A stretch of 64,000 nucleotides of DNA, taken from an uncultured Fibrobacteria bacterium (lineage in GTDB: Bacteria; Fibrobacterota; Fibrobacteria; UBA11236). The stretch covers positions 2,656,001 through 2,720,000 of the forward strand of contig OY970309.1 of assembly GCA_963716395.1 (NCBI GenBank), given 5' to 3'. Both the position numbers and the translations under genes were made by a program. Below the pieces are notes generated by a model. It made no database searches. It was not told the DNA's origin and saw only the letters and a list, made by a program, of their open reading frames with translations. Positions within the stretch are counted from its first letter, which is position 1, and every line of letters starts with the position of its first letter. Below are positions 10,240 to 19,768 of the stretch, one piece after another.

Positions 10240-11333
10240 AACGGACCTTGATCGTGCTGGTGTGCGCCCTGCTGGTGCTCGCCGGGTTGCTGTGGAAAAA
10301 GCACAGTGAATTCCAGTCGGAAGAGGCCAACGCTTTCGTATTCGACACCGCGCAGAAGGCCGGTGTGACCTCGCTCAAGGTCATCGAGAAGAAAGACACG
10401 GCCGAGTTGCTCAAAGTCGGGAATCAATGGGTGACGGCCCGCGACAGCTTTCCCGTCGACACTTCCAAGATCGATAAGAGCTTGACCGCGCTGCTGCAGC
10501 TGCAGGACAAGATCCGGGTTTCGACAAACCCTGCGCGCCTCAAGGAATACGGCCTGGATTCGTCGCAGGCCAAATACGTCGCATGGCACGGCCCGGGCGG
10601 CAAAACGGCTCAGGTGATCTTGGGCAAGACCGCCTCCACCGATTACAGTTCGACCTATTGGAAATGGGTCGGCAAACCCGACGTCTTCGAAACCCCGGGT
10701 AATTTCACCTGGCAAATTTCGGCGCGCGACCTCGACTGGAAGGATCGTTCACCCTTCCACGTGGGCGAGAAGGATATCCAAAACGTGCAGGTGGAATGGC
10801 GTGACAGCACCGGCACCCCTTACTCCTACAAAATCGATGTGGTCAACGACACGACCTACCGCATGGTGGAGCCCGAATCCTCATTGGTGACCCGCAACAA
10901 GGCTCAGGGAATCCTGAGCGAAATCGGTTCGCTGAGCATCGACGATTTCGTGGCCAAGGGTGACACCAATCTTTCCAAGATTCGGCTGGATACCCCCATG
11001 ATTTCCATCCACTTTATGACCAAAACCGGCAAGAGTTACTCGCTCGCCGGCAGCCAAGCCATCAACAATTACGTCTATGTCCGTTATTCCACGCGCAAAG
11101 ACACGGTGAAAATGGGCGGTTGGCGCTTCAACAACATGAAGAAGAAGCCGTTCGAGTTGGTGCCCCAGAAAATGCCGCCGGCCCCGGCGGCCGAATCCCC
11201 GGCGAAAGAAAAGCCGGGCAAGGCCAAGGAAACCAAGGTTAAAAATCCGGGGAGCAAGGCGATGATCAAGCCCGAATTCAAAGCGCCGGGCCAAAAACCC
11301 CCGGCGAAAAAGCCGGCCGCCAAATCCGGTTAG
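10236..11333 (+). CDS. DUF4340-like protein
   Basis: Usual fourth gene of GldAFG-like operons; LKEYGLD motif; Lys/Pro-rich tail. Confidence 0.75.
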   Translation: MKRTLIVLVCALLVLAGLLWKKHSEFQSEEANAFVFDTAQKAGVTSLKVIEKKDTAELLKVGNQWVTARDSFPVDTSKIDKSLTALLQLQDKIRVSTNPARLKEYGLDSSQAKYVAWHGPGGKTAQVILGKTASTDYSSTYWKWVGKPDVFETPGNFTWQISARDLDWKDRSPFHVGEKDIQNVQVEWRDSTGTPYSYKIDVVNDTTYRMVEPESSLVTRNKAQGILSEIGSLSIDDFVAKGDTNLSKIRLDTPMISIHFMTKTGKSYSLAGSQAINNYVYVRYSTRKDTVKMGGWRFNNMKKKPFELVPQKMPPAPAAESPAKEKPGKAKETKVKNPGSKAMIKPEFKAPGQKPPAKKPAAKSG

Positions 11334-11379
11334 TACCTTACAAGTTACGGCCGCGGTGCCGCCCAGGAGTTAAAAGGGT

Positions 11380-12039
11380 TTAAACCGCGTCCGGCCAATC
11401 CAGTTCCGGGAGGAGCGCCATGCGGTCCTCCAATTTTTTTTGTAGAACGCCGGCGCGCAGGTGCGCCCCCTCCGGAAGGTCGCGGAGATTGCAGGCGAAG
11501 TCGCGGTGGGCGCGGCCCTGCCGATAATCGGGTTCGCGGCTGGGCGACCGCAAATGACGCTCCCACAGCGAAAGCGGCGCCTCGATCAGCAGCGAGGCCA
11601 GATACAGGGCGCAGTCGCGCGGCATATATAGCGAAGCACCCGACACCTTGCGTTGGTTCCAGGCCAAATCCGAGAGGCCGCGCGCTTCAGTCGCGAGGTT
11701 GAATTCGCGCTTCAGGGTGTCGCGGATCAAGCCGTTGCCCAGCGCGAAAAAGGCCGCCGGACCGAGGTCGGTCCGGCGGCGCAGGCGCAAGGCCACGCAC
11801 AGGCAGCCGGCCGAAAGCAGCACGGCGCCGCCTCCGCCCCGGCGCCGGTAAACCGGAATGCCGTCGGCCTCGGCCGCGGTCAGATGCAATTCGAGGGCGG
11901 GATTTTGCGACGCCCCGATCACCAACAAGGGGCGCTCGGGCATCCATACGCGGAAAGGGGCGACGGCGCGATCGAGCAGATCTTCGCCGGTGGGGAAGGG
12001 GTGGATATGCCCGGCTTCGGGGTAACGGAGAAGTTGCAT
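11380..12039 (-). CDS. Lipoate-protein ligase A family (catalytic domain only)
   Basis: RRRGGGGAV, SDL, RKVSG, PSREPDYR..R.H motifs; directly downstream of lpdA. Confidence 0.85.
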   Translation of the reverse strand: MQLLRYPEAGHIHPFPTGEDLLDRAVAPFRVWMPERPLLVIGASQNPALELHLTAAEADGIPVYRRRGGGGAVLLSAGCLCVALRLRRRTDLGPAAFFALGNGLIRDTLKREFNLATEARGLSDLAWNQRKVSGASLYMPRDCALYLASLLIEAPLSLWERHLRSPSREPDYRQGRAHRDFACNLRDLPEGAHLRAGVLQKKLEDRMALLPELDWPDAV

Positions 12040-12061
12040 ACCGCCGGAGAAGGCCGGAGGG

Positions 12062-13462
12062 TCAGAGGTTCGGCGACAAGCCGTGGCTGTCGGCGGCGGC
12101 TTCCATCACGGCTTCGGACAGGGTCGGATGCGCGTGCACGGTTTCCATGATCTCTTCGTAAGTGGCTTCGAGCTTCATAGCCAGGCCCAACTCGGCCAAT
12201 AGCTCGGTGGCCTCGGATCCCAGGATGTGTGCGCCCAGCAGTTCGCCGTATTGCGATCCGAAAATGAGTTTGACCAGGCCTTCGGTGTGGCCGATGGCGC
12301 GCGCCTTGCCGCTGGCCGCAAAGGGAAAGCGGCCGATTTTCACCTCGAGTTTGCGCTCGCGGCAGGCCTTTTCAGTGAGACCGATCGAGGCCACCTGGGG
12401 CTGGCAATAGGTGCAGCCGGGGATCTGTCCGTAATCCAATCCGTGTCCGGGTTTGCCCAGCCAATGCGCCACCGCGGTTTCGGCTTCGGCCGACGCTTTG
12501 TGCGCCAGCAGTTGCCGGCCGGCCACGTCCCCGATGGCGTAAACGCCGGGCACTGAAGTTTCCAGGTGGGCATTGACCTGGATGAAGCCGCGCCCGTCGG
12601 TTTTGACTCCGGCGGCTTCGAGTCCGAGATCCTGGGAGTTGGGAACCATGCCCACGGCCACCAACACTTGATCCACGGCGAGGGAACTCGTCTGTTTCTG
12701 CGCGTCGGCGATTTTGACCTGCGCTTCCAAGGCCTTGGTCCGCTGCACCTCGACCGTGGCGCCGGGATAGCAATGGATGCCCTGCTTTTTAAAAGCGGCC
12801 AGCAGACCCTGGGAGATTTCCTCATCTTCCACCGGCAGCAATTGGGGCAGCATTTCCACCAGATGCACTTCGGTGCCGAGCGCGTTGTAGAAATAGGCGA
12901 ATTCGACGCCGATGGCGCCGGCCCCGATAATCAGCAGTTTCTTGGGCTGCTCGCGCCGCGCCAGGGCATGGCGGTAGGTGATGAAGGTTTCGCCGTCGAT
13001 GGGGTATTGGGGAAATTGGCGCGGCGCAGCGCCGGTGGCGAGAATCACCGCACCCGCTTTCACGCTTTGCCGGGCGCCTTCGGCCGGGGTAACTTCCACG
13101 AGACCCTTGGCCAGCAGCTTGCCCTGGCCGCGCAGCACCTCCACCTTGTATTTCCGCATCAGAAATTGCACGCCGTTGCTGTTCTGTTTGGCCACCTCGC
13201 GCGAGCGATCCACGATTTTGGCGAAGTCGGCGCTGACCGTTCCGGTGTGGATGCCGTAGTCGGCGGCGCGCTGGGTCTCGCGAAAAAGTTCGGCCGATTT
13301 GAGCAGGGCCTTGGTGGGGATGCATCCCCAGTTCAGGCAAATGCCGCCCAGTTCCGCCTTTTCCACCACGGCGACTTTCTTGCCGCCTTGCGCGGCTTTG
13401 ACGGCGGCGATGTAGCCGCCGGGCCCGCTGCCGATCACCACCAAATCATATGCGCTTTCCAA
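12062..13462 (-). CDS. lpdA: Dihydrolipoyl dehydrogenase (E3)
   Basis: GSGPGGY, GGICLNWGCIPTK, HAHPTLSE. Confidence 0.97.
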   Translation of the reverse strand: MESAYDLVVIGSGPGGYIAAVKAAQGGKKVAVVEKAELGGICLNWGCIPTKALLKSAELFRETQRAADYGIHTGTVSADFAKIVDRSREVAKQNSNGVQFLMRKYKVEVLRGQGKLLAKGLVEVTPAEGARQSVKAGAVILATGAAPRQFPQYPIDGETFITYRHALARREQPKKLLIIGAGAIGVEFAYFYNALGTEVHLVEMLPQLLPVEDEEISQGLLAAFKKQGIHCYPGATVEVQRTKALEAQVKIADAQKQTSSLAVDQVLVAVGMVPNSQDLGLEAAGVKTDGRGFIQVNAHLETSVPGVYAIGDVAGRQLLAHKASAEAETAVAHWLGKPGHGLDYGQIPGCTYCQPQVASIGLTEKACRERKLEVKIGRFPFAASGKARAIGHTEGLVKLIFGSQYGELLGAHILGSEATELLAELGLAMKLEATYEEIMETVHAHPTLSEAVMEAAADSHGLSPNL

Positions 13463-13508
13463 AATATCTCCTTCGCAAAACGCGGCTTAGCAACGATTCA
13501 CCCACGGC

Positions 13509-14804
13509 TCACAAGAGCAGCCAGGTGGGGTTTTCCAACGCCGATTTCAAGGTGCCCAGGAATTGCGCCGCCAGGGCGCCGTCGATGGCACGGTGATCCG
13601 CGGTGAGGGTCACCTTCAGGATTTGCCGCTGCCGCAGCGCGCCCCCGTCGTCGAGGTAAACTTCGGGCTGGATTCCGCCCACGGCCAGAATGGCCGCTTG
13701 CGGCGGGTTGATGATGGCGGTGAAGTCATCGACGCCGTACATGCCCAGGTTGGAAATGGTGAAAGTGCCGCCCTGGTATTCTTCGGGAGCCAATTTTCCG
13801 GCGCGGGCCTTGGCCACCAGGGCTTTGATTTCCTGCGACAACACCCACAGCGGTTTTTGATCCGCGCTTTTCACGATGGGCGTAATGAGCCCGCCGTCCA
13901 GCGAGACGGCCACGCCCATGTCGATGTTGCCGTGCTGGCGGATGAAGTCGCCGTAAAAAGAGCTGTTCACCCCCGGATGCCGCCGCAGCGCAAAGGCCGC
14001 GGCCTTGACCACGATGTCGTTGACCGACACCTTGTAGCCGGGCCCGCGGTGCAATTCGCTGCGCAGCCGCGCCAGCGCGTCGACCTCGATACGCTGGGTC
14101 ACGAAGAACACCGGCGTGCTTTGCGCCGATTCCAACAGGCGCCGGCCGATGGTCTTGCGCATCATGGAAAGGGGAATGTCCTGGGTTACGGCCGGTGGCA
14201 ATTGCGATCCGAACAGGGGCCGGGGCTCTCCGCCTTCGGCGGCTTTGGGTGCAGCCTGATAGGCTTCGACGTCGCGGCGGATGACGCGGCCCGACGGGCC
14301 GCTGCCGTGCACCGACTCCAGGGGAATGCCGGAGGCTGCGGCCAACTTGCGCGCCAGAGGCGATACCTTGAGTCGGCCATTGCCCGCTCCCGCGGGCGCA
14401 GCCGGCGCCGCGGCTGTATACACCGGAGCGGGGATCGCGGAAGGCGTGACCGGCGGCGGGGGCGCCGAAGATGGAGCCGCTGCCGCAGGCGCGGCGGGTT
14501 TTGCAGCCGCTTGCTTCCGGCTTTTTTCCAGGGCTTTGTGCAGATATTCGTCAATGGCTTCTTCCTGGGTGTCGGCGAGCACGGCGATGAGTTCGTTCAC
14601 CCGGGCGGCGGCGCCTTCGGCCAGCAGGATTTTGCGTACGAAGCCTTCGTCCATCGATTCGTAATCCACCGTGGTCTTGTCGGTTTCGACGCTGCACAGC
14701 ATGGTGCCCGGCTTCACGAAATCACCCTCTTTCACCAACCATTTGGCCAGAACGCCTTCTTCCATGGTGGGGCTTAAACTCGGCATCAAAATGCTGGTGG
14801 GCAT
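13509..14804 (-). CDS. pdhC: Pyruvate dehydrogenase E2 dihydrolipoamide acetyltransferase
   Basis: Lipoyl domain ETDK, SPLARKLA binding domain, DHRAIDG; start moved to ATG 14804. Confidence 0.95.
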   Translation of the reverse strand: MPTSILMPSLSPTMEEGVLAKWLVKEGDFVKPGTMLCSVETDKTTVDYESMDEGFVRKILLAEGAAARVNELIAVLADTQEEAIDEYLHKALEKSRKQAAAKPAAPAAAAPSSAPPPPVTPSAIPAPVYTAAAPAAPAGAGNGRLKVSPLARKLAAASGIPLESVHGSGPSGRVIRRDVEAYQAAPKAAEGGEPRPLFGSQLPPAVTQDIPLSMMRKTIGRRLLESAQSTPVFFVTQRIEVDALARLRSELHRGPGYKVSVNDIVVKAAAFALRRHPGVNSSFYGDFIRQHGNIDMGVAVSLDGGLITPIVKSADQKPLWVLSQEIKALVAKARAGKLAPEEYQGGTFTISNLGMYGVDDFTAIINPPQAAILAVGGIQPEVYLDDGGALRQRQILKVTLTADHRAIDGALAAQFLGTLKSALENPTWLLL

Positions 14805-14861
14805 GCCTCTTCCTTTCGGAAATTTTCGGCGCCGGGTGGGGCCCGGAGCCTGCATTCCAAA

Positions 14862-15842
14862 TTAATTCCGGTAGGTCACCTGGCGGACCGCCGCGATGAT
14901 TTTGGCCACCGACGGCATGGTGGCCGCTTCGAGATTGGCCGCGTAGGGCATGGGGTTTTCGCTTTGGGCCACGCGCACGACGGGCGCATCGAGATCGTCG
15001 AACAGATCGGTGTAAATGCTGTCGGCGATTTGCGCGCCCACGCCCGCGAAGAAGTGGCCTTCTTCGACGATGACCACGCGGTTGGTTTTCTTGACCGACG
15101 CCGCGATGAGCGCCATGTCGAGCGGTTTGAGCGTGCGCGGATCGAGCAATTCGGCGTCGACGCCGGCTTTCGCCATTTCCTCGGCGGCCTGCTTGGCCAC
15201 CGTCATCATGCGCGACCAGGCGATGACGGTCACGTCTTTTCCCGGGCGTTTGATGTCGCCCTTTCCGATGGGCACCAGGTATTCTTCGTCGGGCACTTCT
15301 TCCTTGAGGCTGTAACTCAATTCGTTTTCCAGAAAGATCACCGGATCGTCGCAACGGATGGCGGCTTTGAGCATTCCCTTGGCGTCTTTGGGGCAGGAAG
15401 GGGTCATCACGTGCAGGCCGGGAAAATGCGCGAACACCGACTCCATGCTATGCGAATGCTGCGAGCTGACGCGCGGGCCCGACCCGTTGGGGCCGCGCAG
15501 CACCATGGGCAGGTTGTACACTCCGCCCGACATGTACATCATGTTGGCGGCATTGGAAATAATTTGATCCATGGCCACCAGGGAGAAGTTGAAGCTCATG
15601 TATTCGACCACGGGCCGCAAGCCCATCATGGCCGCGCCGATGGCCAAACCCGTGAAGCCCGATTCGGAAATCGGGGTGTCGACCACCCGCTTGGAGCCGA
15701 AATGGTCTAGCAACCCTTTGGTGACCTTGTAGGCGCCGTTGTATTCGGCCACTTCTTCGCCCAGAATGAAAACCTTCTCGTCCCGGGTCATCTCTTCTTT
15801 CAAGGCCAGATTCAGGGCCTCGCGCATTTCCAGGACGGCCAT
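14862..15842 (-). CDS. pdhB: Pyruvate dehydrogenase E1 beta
   Basis: GEEVAEYNGAYKVTKGL, DTPISE, SQHS; start ATG 15842 overlaps pdhA stop. Confidence 0.95.
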   Translation of the reverse strand: MAVLEMREALNLALKEEMTRDEKVFILGEEVAEYNGAYKVTKGLLDHFGSKRVVDTPISESGFTGLAIGAAMMGLRPVVEYMSFNFSLVAMDQIISNAANMMYMSGGVYNLPMVLRGPNGSGPRVSSQHSHSMESVFAHFPGLHVMTPSCPKDAKGMLKAAIRCDDPVIFLENELSYSLKEEVPDEEYLVPIGKGDIKRPGKDVTVIAWSRMMTVAKQAAEEMAKAGVDAELLDPRTLKPLDMALIAASVKKTNRVVIVEEGHFFAGVGAQIADSIYTDLFDDLDAPVVRVAQSENPMPYAANLEAATMPSVAKIIAAVRQVTYRN

Positions 15843-16855
15843 CAGACACCCTCCGCATCGCGGTAAACGTGCTGGGTCAATTCTTCGACCGGAGGCTCGG
15901 GGCTTTCGTCGGCGAAGTCGACCGCCTCCTGGATGTGCGCCCGGATTTTTTTCTGCAGCGCCTTGAAAGCGTCTTCGGTCAGCCACTGGTTTTCGATCAT
16001 TTCCTGGCTGACGGCTTGGATGGGATCGCGCTGCCGGTAGGTGTCGACCTCTTCCTTGGTGCGGTATAAGCCGGCGTCGGAAACCGAGTGGCCGAAATAG
16101 CGATAGGTTTTCATATGCACCAGGGCCGGCCGGCGCGTGGCGCGCGTTTCATGCACCACGTGGCGCATGGTGTCGTACACCTCATGCAGGTCCATGCCGT
16201 TGATGGTATAGCCCTTGACACCATAGGCTTCGGCCTTGGTCGCAACGTCGGTGTTGGCGATGGCCCGGGTATTGGCCGTGCCCATGCCGTATTGGTTGTC
16301 TTCGCAGATGAAAATCGCGGGGAGATCCCACAGGGCGGCCAGATTCATGGATTCGTGGAACGAACCCTGGGCCAGGGCGCCGTCGCCGAAGAAGATGAAG
16401 CTGACCGCGTTGTCCTCGTCGTAATTGGATTTGAAAGCCGCCCCGATTCCCGCTCCGAATTGGCCGCCCACAATGCCGTGTCCGCCCAGGAAATGATGGG
16501 GCTGGGAGAAGAAATGCATAGAACCGCCTTTGCCGCGGGCGCAACCGGTGACCTTGCCGAAAAGCTCGGCCATACCTTCACGCGGGCTGCCACCCAGAGC
16601 CAGGTAAATGCCGTGGCAACGGTAGCTTGTGACCACGGCATCCTGGGGCAGTTTATGCTCCAGTGTTCCGACGCCCACGGCTTCTTGGCCGATATAGGTG
16701 TGTAGAAAGCCGGCGATTTTCTTTTGTTGATAGGCCTTGATGCTGGCCTCTTCAAACAGGCGTATGACCAGCATTTTTTCCAGCAGCAGAGCCAGTTTTT
16801 CGCTGGGAATTTTCTGGGTTTGTTCTTTCGTTTGTTCTTTCTTAACGGTTGCCAT
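15842..16855 (-). CDS. pdhA: Pyruvate dehydrogenase E1 alpha
   Basis: GFLHTYIGQEA, GKGGSMH, GDGA, YRYFGHSVSD; start ATG 16855 after a GGAGG RBS. Confidence 0.95.
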   Translation of the reverse strand: MATVKKEQTKEQTQKIPSEKLALLLEKMLVIRLFEEASIKAYQQKKIAGFLHTYIGQEAVGVGTLEHKLPQDAVVTSYRCHGIYLALGGSPREGMAELFGKVTGCARGKGGSMHFFSQPHHFLGGHGIVGGQFGAGIGAAFKSNYDEDNAVSFIFFGDGALAQGSFHESMNLAALWDLPAIFICEDNQYGMGTANTRAIANTDVATKAEAYGVKGYTINGMDLHEVYDTMRHVVHETRATRRPALVHMKTYRYFGHSVSDAGLYRTKEEVDTYRQRDPIQAVSQEMIENQWLTEDAFKALQKKIRAHIQEAVDFADESPEPPVEELTQHVYRDAEGV

Positions 16856-17069
16856 GGTCCTCCGATGACATTGGGGATTCGTTTTTTTGGGTTCCCCCCG
16901 GCGCCCTCCTGCTGGCCCCACCCGCCGCGGAAATCATTGAACTCCGAAATTCTACGTGAATTTAGCAAAAAACACCCAGGTGAGTTTTTGATCTTTGCCT
17001 TGCATCCGACGGCGGATAAGCCATTTTGAGGTAAAGTTTGGCAAAAATGATTTCATCGTCGAGGACAAA

Positions 17070-17537
17070 ATGGCCGATCCCGTGCCCGTAGGCAAGATTC
17101 CGTCGGGACTCTTTATCGTAACCGTGGCCCATACCGGCCAACAGGAAAGTTTTTTGGCCTCTTGGATTCAGCAAGCGTCTTTTTCGCCGCTCATGATTTC
17201 CATGGCCGTGCAACCCGATCGATCCGTTTTACCGCGCCTGCGCGCGGCGGGCCGCTTTTGCATCAACATCGTGGGTCATCAAAACAACGGCCTGCTCAAA
17301 CCCTTTTGGGGCGGCTCCCAGCCCGGAGCCGATCCGCTCGAGGCAGTGGAAACCTACACCTCGGCGCGCGGCAACATTCTATTGCGCGACGCCATGGCGG
17401 CGCTGGAATGCGAATGGCGCAGCGATGTCCAACCCGGCGATCACGTGCTGGTTTTCGCCGAAGTCGTTGAAACCCTGTTGCTCAAGCCCGATGACAAACC
17501 CATGACCCATGTGCGCAAAAGCGGGGGCTCTTACTGA
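17070..17537 (+). CDS. Flavin reductase-like family protein
   Basis: GLFIVT, ASWIQQASF.P, GDH, PMTH.RKSG..Y. Confidence 0.85.
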   Translation: MADPVPVGKIPSGLFIVTVAHTGQQESFLASWIQQASFSPLMISMAVQPDRSVLPRLRAAGRFCINIVGHQNNGLLKPFWGGSQPGADPLEAVETYTSARGNILLRDAMAALECEWRSDVQPGDHVLVFAEVVETLLLKPDDKPMTHVRKSGGSY

Positions 17538-17844
17538 AATCGAAGTACCCTCGAATTCGATACCCGGGGCGTGATATGGAATTTTTCGCTGCCGCTCTTG
17601 CCCGGATGTTTGCATGCCCAACCGGTCGGAGCGCGCCTTTGGGGTTGCGGGCGTGAATTTCGCGGAATAATTTTTTCTTCGAATGGATGCAGTTGGTTGC
17701 CCGGAATTGATAAAATGAAACCCGTCGGCATTTTGCCGGCTCTGTTCCCGCTGTTTTCGGCGTAACCTCCGCCAGAGGTGAACCCAGCGGGAAAAGTTCA
17801 TAAGGTTTCCGGCGAGCGGATTTTTACAACGAAAGGGATTGGCT

Positions 17845-18867
17845 ATGAAGAAGCTGCCTTGGCTCTTCATTCTGGTTTGGCTCGGCGCCCATATTCCCGC
17901 CGCGGCGCGGGATCGCGACGGTGATGGCATTCCCGACAAATACGATCTGTGCCCCACCGAACCGGAAGACATGGACGGCTTTCAGGATCAGGATGGTTGC
18001 CCCGACCCCGACAACGACAGCGATCAAATCTGTGATCCCTGGGTGGCCGCCACCGGCCAAAGCGCCAAATACGCCAGCGTTTGCCACGGTTCGGACAAAT
18101 GCCCGAATGTCGCCGAGGATAAGGACGGTTTTCAAGATGAAGACGGTTGTCCCGACCCCGACAACGACAAAGACGGCATTCCCGACATTCACGACAAATG
18201 TCCGAACGACCCCGAAGACTTCGACGGGTTTCAAGACGCCGACGGGTGCCCCGATCCCGACAACGACAAAGACGGTCTCTGCGATCCCTGGGTGGCGCAA
18301 AAAGGCCTGAGTGCGAAGTACGCCAGCGTCTGCCACGGCTCCGATCAATGCCCGGACGCCGCCGAGGACTTGGATGGCTTTCAGGATGAAGACGGCTGCC
18401 CCGACCCCGATAACGACAAAGACGGCATTCTCGACATTTACGACAAATGCCCGAATCAACCCGAAACCTTTAACGGCGTGCAGGATCAAGACGGCTGCCC
18501 CGACAAGGATCAACCGCCGCTGTCGCCGGTACAGACTTTTCCCATGGTGCAATTCCGCAGCGCCACGGCCGAGTTGACCATGGAAGCCACCGACGCGTTG
18601 GACGGGTTCGCCAAGCAATTGGTGGAATACCCCGATACCGTGATCGAAATACGGCTTTATACCTGGTACAAGGGGAGATCGAAAGACGAATACCTGCAAT
18701 TGCTGCGCGACCGTTCCAAAGCCGTGGTGAACTATCTGATCAGCAAAGGCGTGAAGCCCGAGCAGTTGAAAGAGGCCGATTACACGTTGGAAAACATGGA
18801 AGCGTTTAAAGGTACCGACGACGACTTCAATCAGGAAAAGCCCATGGAGGCCCGCCTAATACATTAA
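17845..18867 (+). CDS. Thrombospondin type-3 repeat protein with degenerate OmpA-like C-terminal domain
   Basis: Signal peptide; multiple D.DG.PD..D.CP / EDxDGFQDxDGCPD repeats; C-terminal F.S..A.L...RSKAVVNYL..KGV. Confidence 0.85.
   Translation: MKKLPWLFILVWLGAHIPAAARDRDGDGIPDKYDLCPTEPEDMDGFQDQDGCPDPDNDSDQICDPWVAATGQSAKYASVCHGSDKCPNVAEDKDGFQDEDGCPDPDNDKDGIPDIHDKCPNDPEDFDGFQDADGCPDPDNDKDGLCDPWVAQKGLSAKYASVCHGSDQCPDAAEDLDGFQDEDGCPDPDNDKDGILDIYDKCPNQPETFNGVQDQDGCPDKDQPPLSPVQTFPMVQFRSATAELTMEATDALDGFAKQLVEYPDTVIEIRLYTWYKGRSKDEYLQLLRDRSKAVVNYLISKGVKPEQLKEADYTLENMEAFKGTDDDFNQEKPMEARLIH
17917..18510 (+). repeat. Intragenic tandem repeat, ~249-bp (83-aa) unit, about 2.4 copies
   Basis: CDPWVA....SAKYASVCHGSD block starts at 18031 and 18280, 249 bp apart. 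Confidence 0.8.
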
Positions 18868-18914
18868 TTAGCTCGGCCGGTCACGGCCGAACTTGCGGTG
18901 GGGGCTTAACTGAC

Positions 18915-19751
18915 ATGGCACGATGGCGCGGGAATTTCCGTTTGTCCTGGCGGCTCGGGTTGCTGGCGGGGTTGGGGCTGGCTTTGGCCGTGCGACTCCC
19001 GGCGGCCGAACTTCCCAAAGCCTGGCTGGGCGTGGCTTTCGAAGATGTTCCGCCGGCACAGGTGCCGCGCGCGCTCGATCCGGTGACAGCCGAAGGGCCG
19101 GTGCGCGTGGTGCGGGTCTTCAAGGGATCCTCGGCCGATCAAGCCGGCTTGCAGTCCGGCGATTTGCTGCTGGGTATCAACGGCCAACTCTTGCACGGCC
19201 GCAAAACCTTGCTCGATTCGGTGCAGAGCAAGGGCATCGGCGACGTAGTCACCTTGCGGCTGGGCCGCGCAGGCAAAATCCTCACCCAAAAACTGGCGCT
19301 GTCGCCGCGGCCCCAAGACTTGAGCGCTTTGACCCAATCGCTGGTGGGCAGCGCCGCCCCACCGCTGCGCGGCCGCTACTACCACTTGCCGGCCGGCACC
19401 ATGGCGCAGTTGCGGGGCAAGGTGGTGCTGATCGATTTCTGGGCCACGTGGTGCGGCCCCTGCCGCATGACCCTGCCGGCTTTGCAGGATTTGTACCGGC
19501 GTTACCGCGATCGCGGTTTGGTGGTGATCGGCGTCAGCTCCGAGGATTCGGCCACCTTGGCTTCGTTTCAAAAAGAGTCGGGACAGGATTACCCCTTGTT
19601 GGAAGATCCGGGCGCCCTGACCACGCGCGACTATGCGGCCTTCGCCTATCCCACCGCGGTCTTCGTGGATCGCAAGGGCGTGGTGCAACGCGTCGAGGTG
19701 GGCGCGCATGACGAGGCCGATTTGGATCGCTGGGTGCGTGAACTGCTGTAA
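18915..19751 (+). CDS. PDZ + TlpA/ResA-like thiol-disulfide oxidoreductase
   Basis: WLGV...GSSADQAGLQSGD PDZ domain; DFWATWCGPC. Confidence 0.88.
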   Translation: MARWRGNFRLSWRLGLLAGLGLALAVRLPAAELPKAWLGVAFEDVPPAQVPRALDPVTAEGPVRVVRVFKGSSADQAGLQSGDLLLGINGQLLHGRKTLLDSVQSKGIGDVVTLRLGRAGKILTQKLALSPRPQDLSALTQSLVGSAAPPLRGRYYHLPAGTMAQLRGKVVLIDFWATWCGPCRMTLPALQDLYRRYRDRGLVVIGVSSEDSATLASFQKESGQDYPLLEDPGALTTRDYAAFAYPTAVFVDRKGVVQRVEVGAHDEADLDRWVRELL

Positions 19752-19768
19752 TCGTTAGGTTTAGCGTC

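Noticed and set aside
17917-18510. Regularly spaced repeats as a CRISPR array
   Set aside because: The repeats are in-frame coding TSP3 units with synonymous variation; no unique spacers and no cas genes.
18916-18930. TGGCAC hexamers at ~18916 and ~39981 as sigma54 promoters
   Set aside because: Both lack TTGC at the -12 position.
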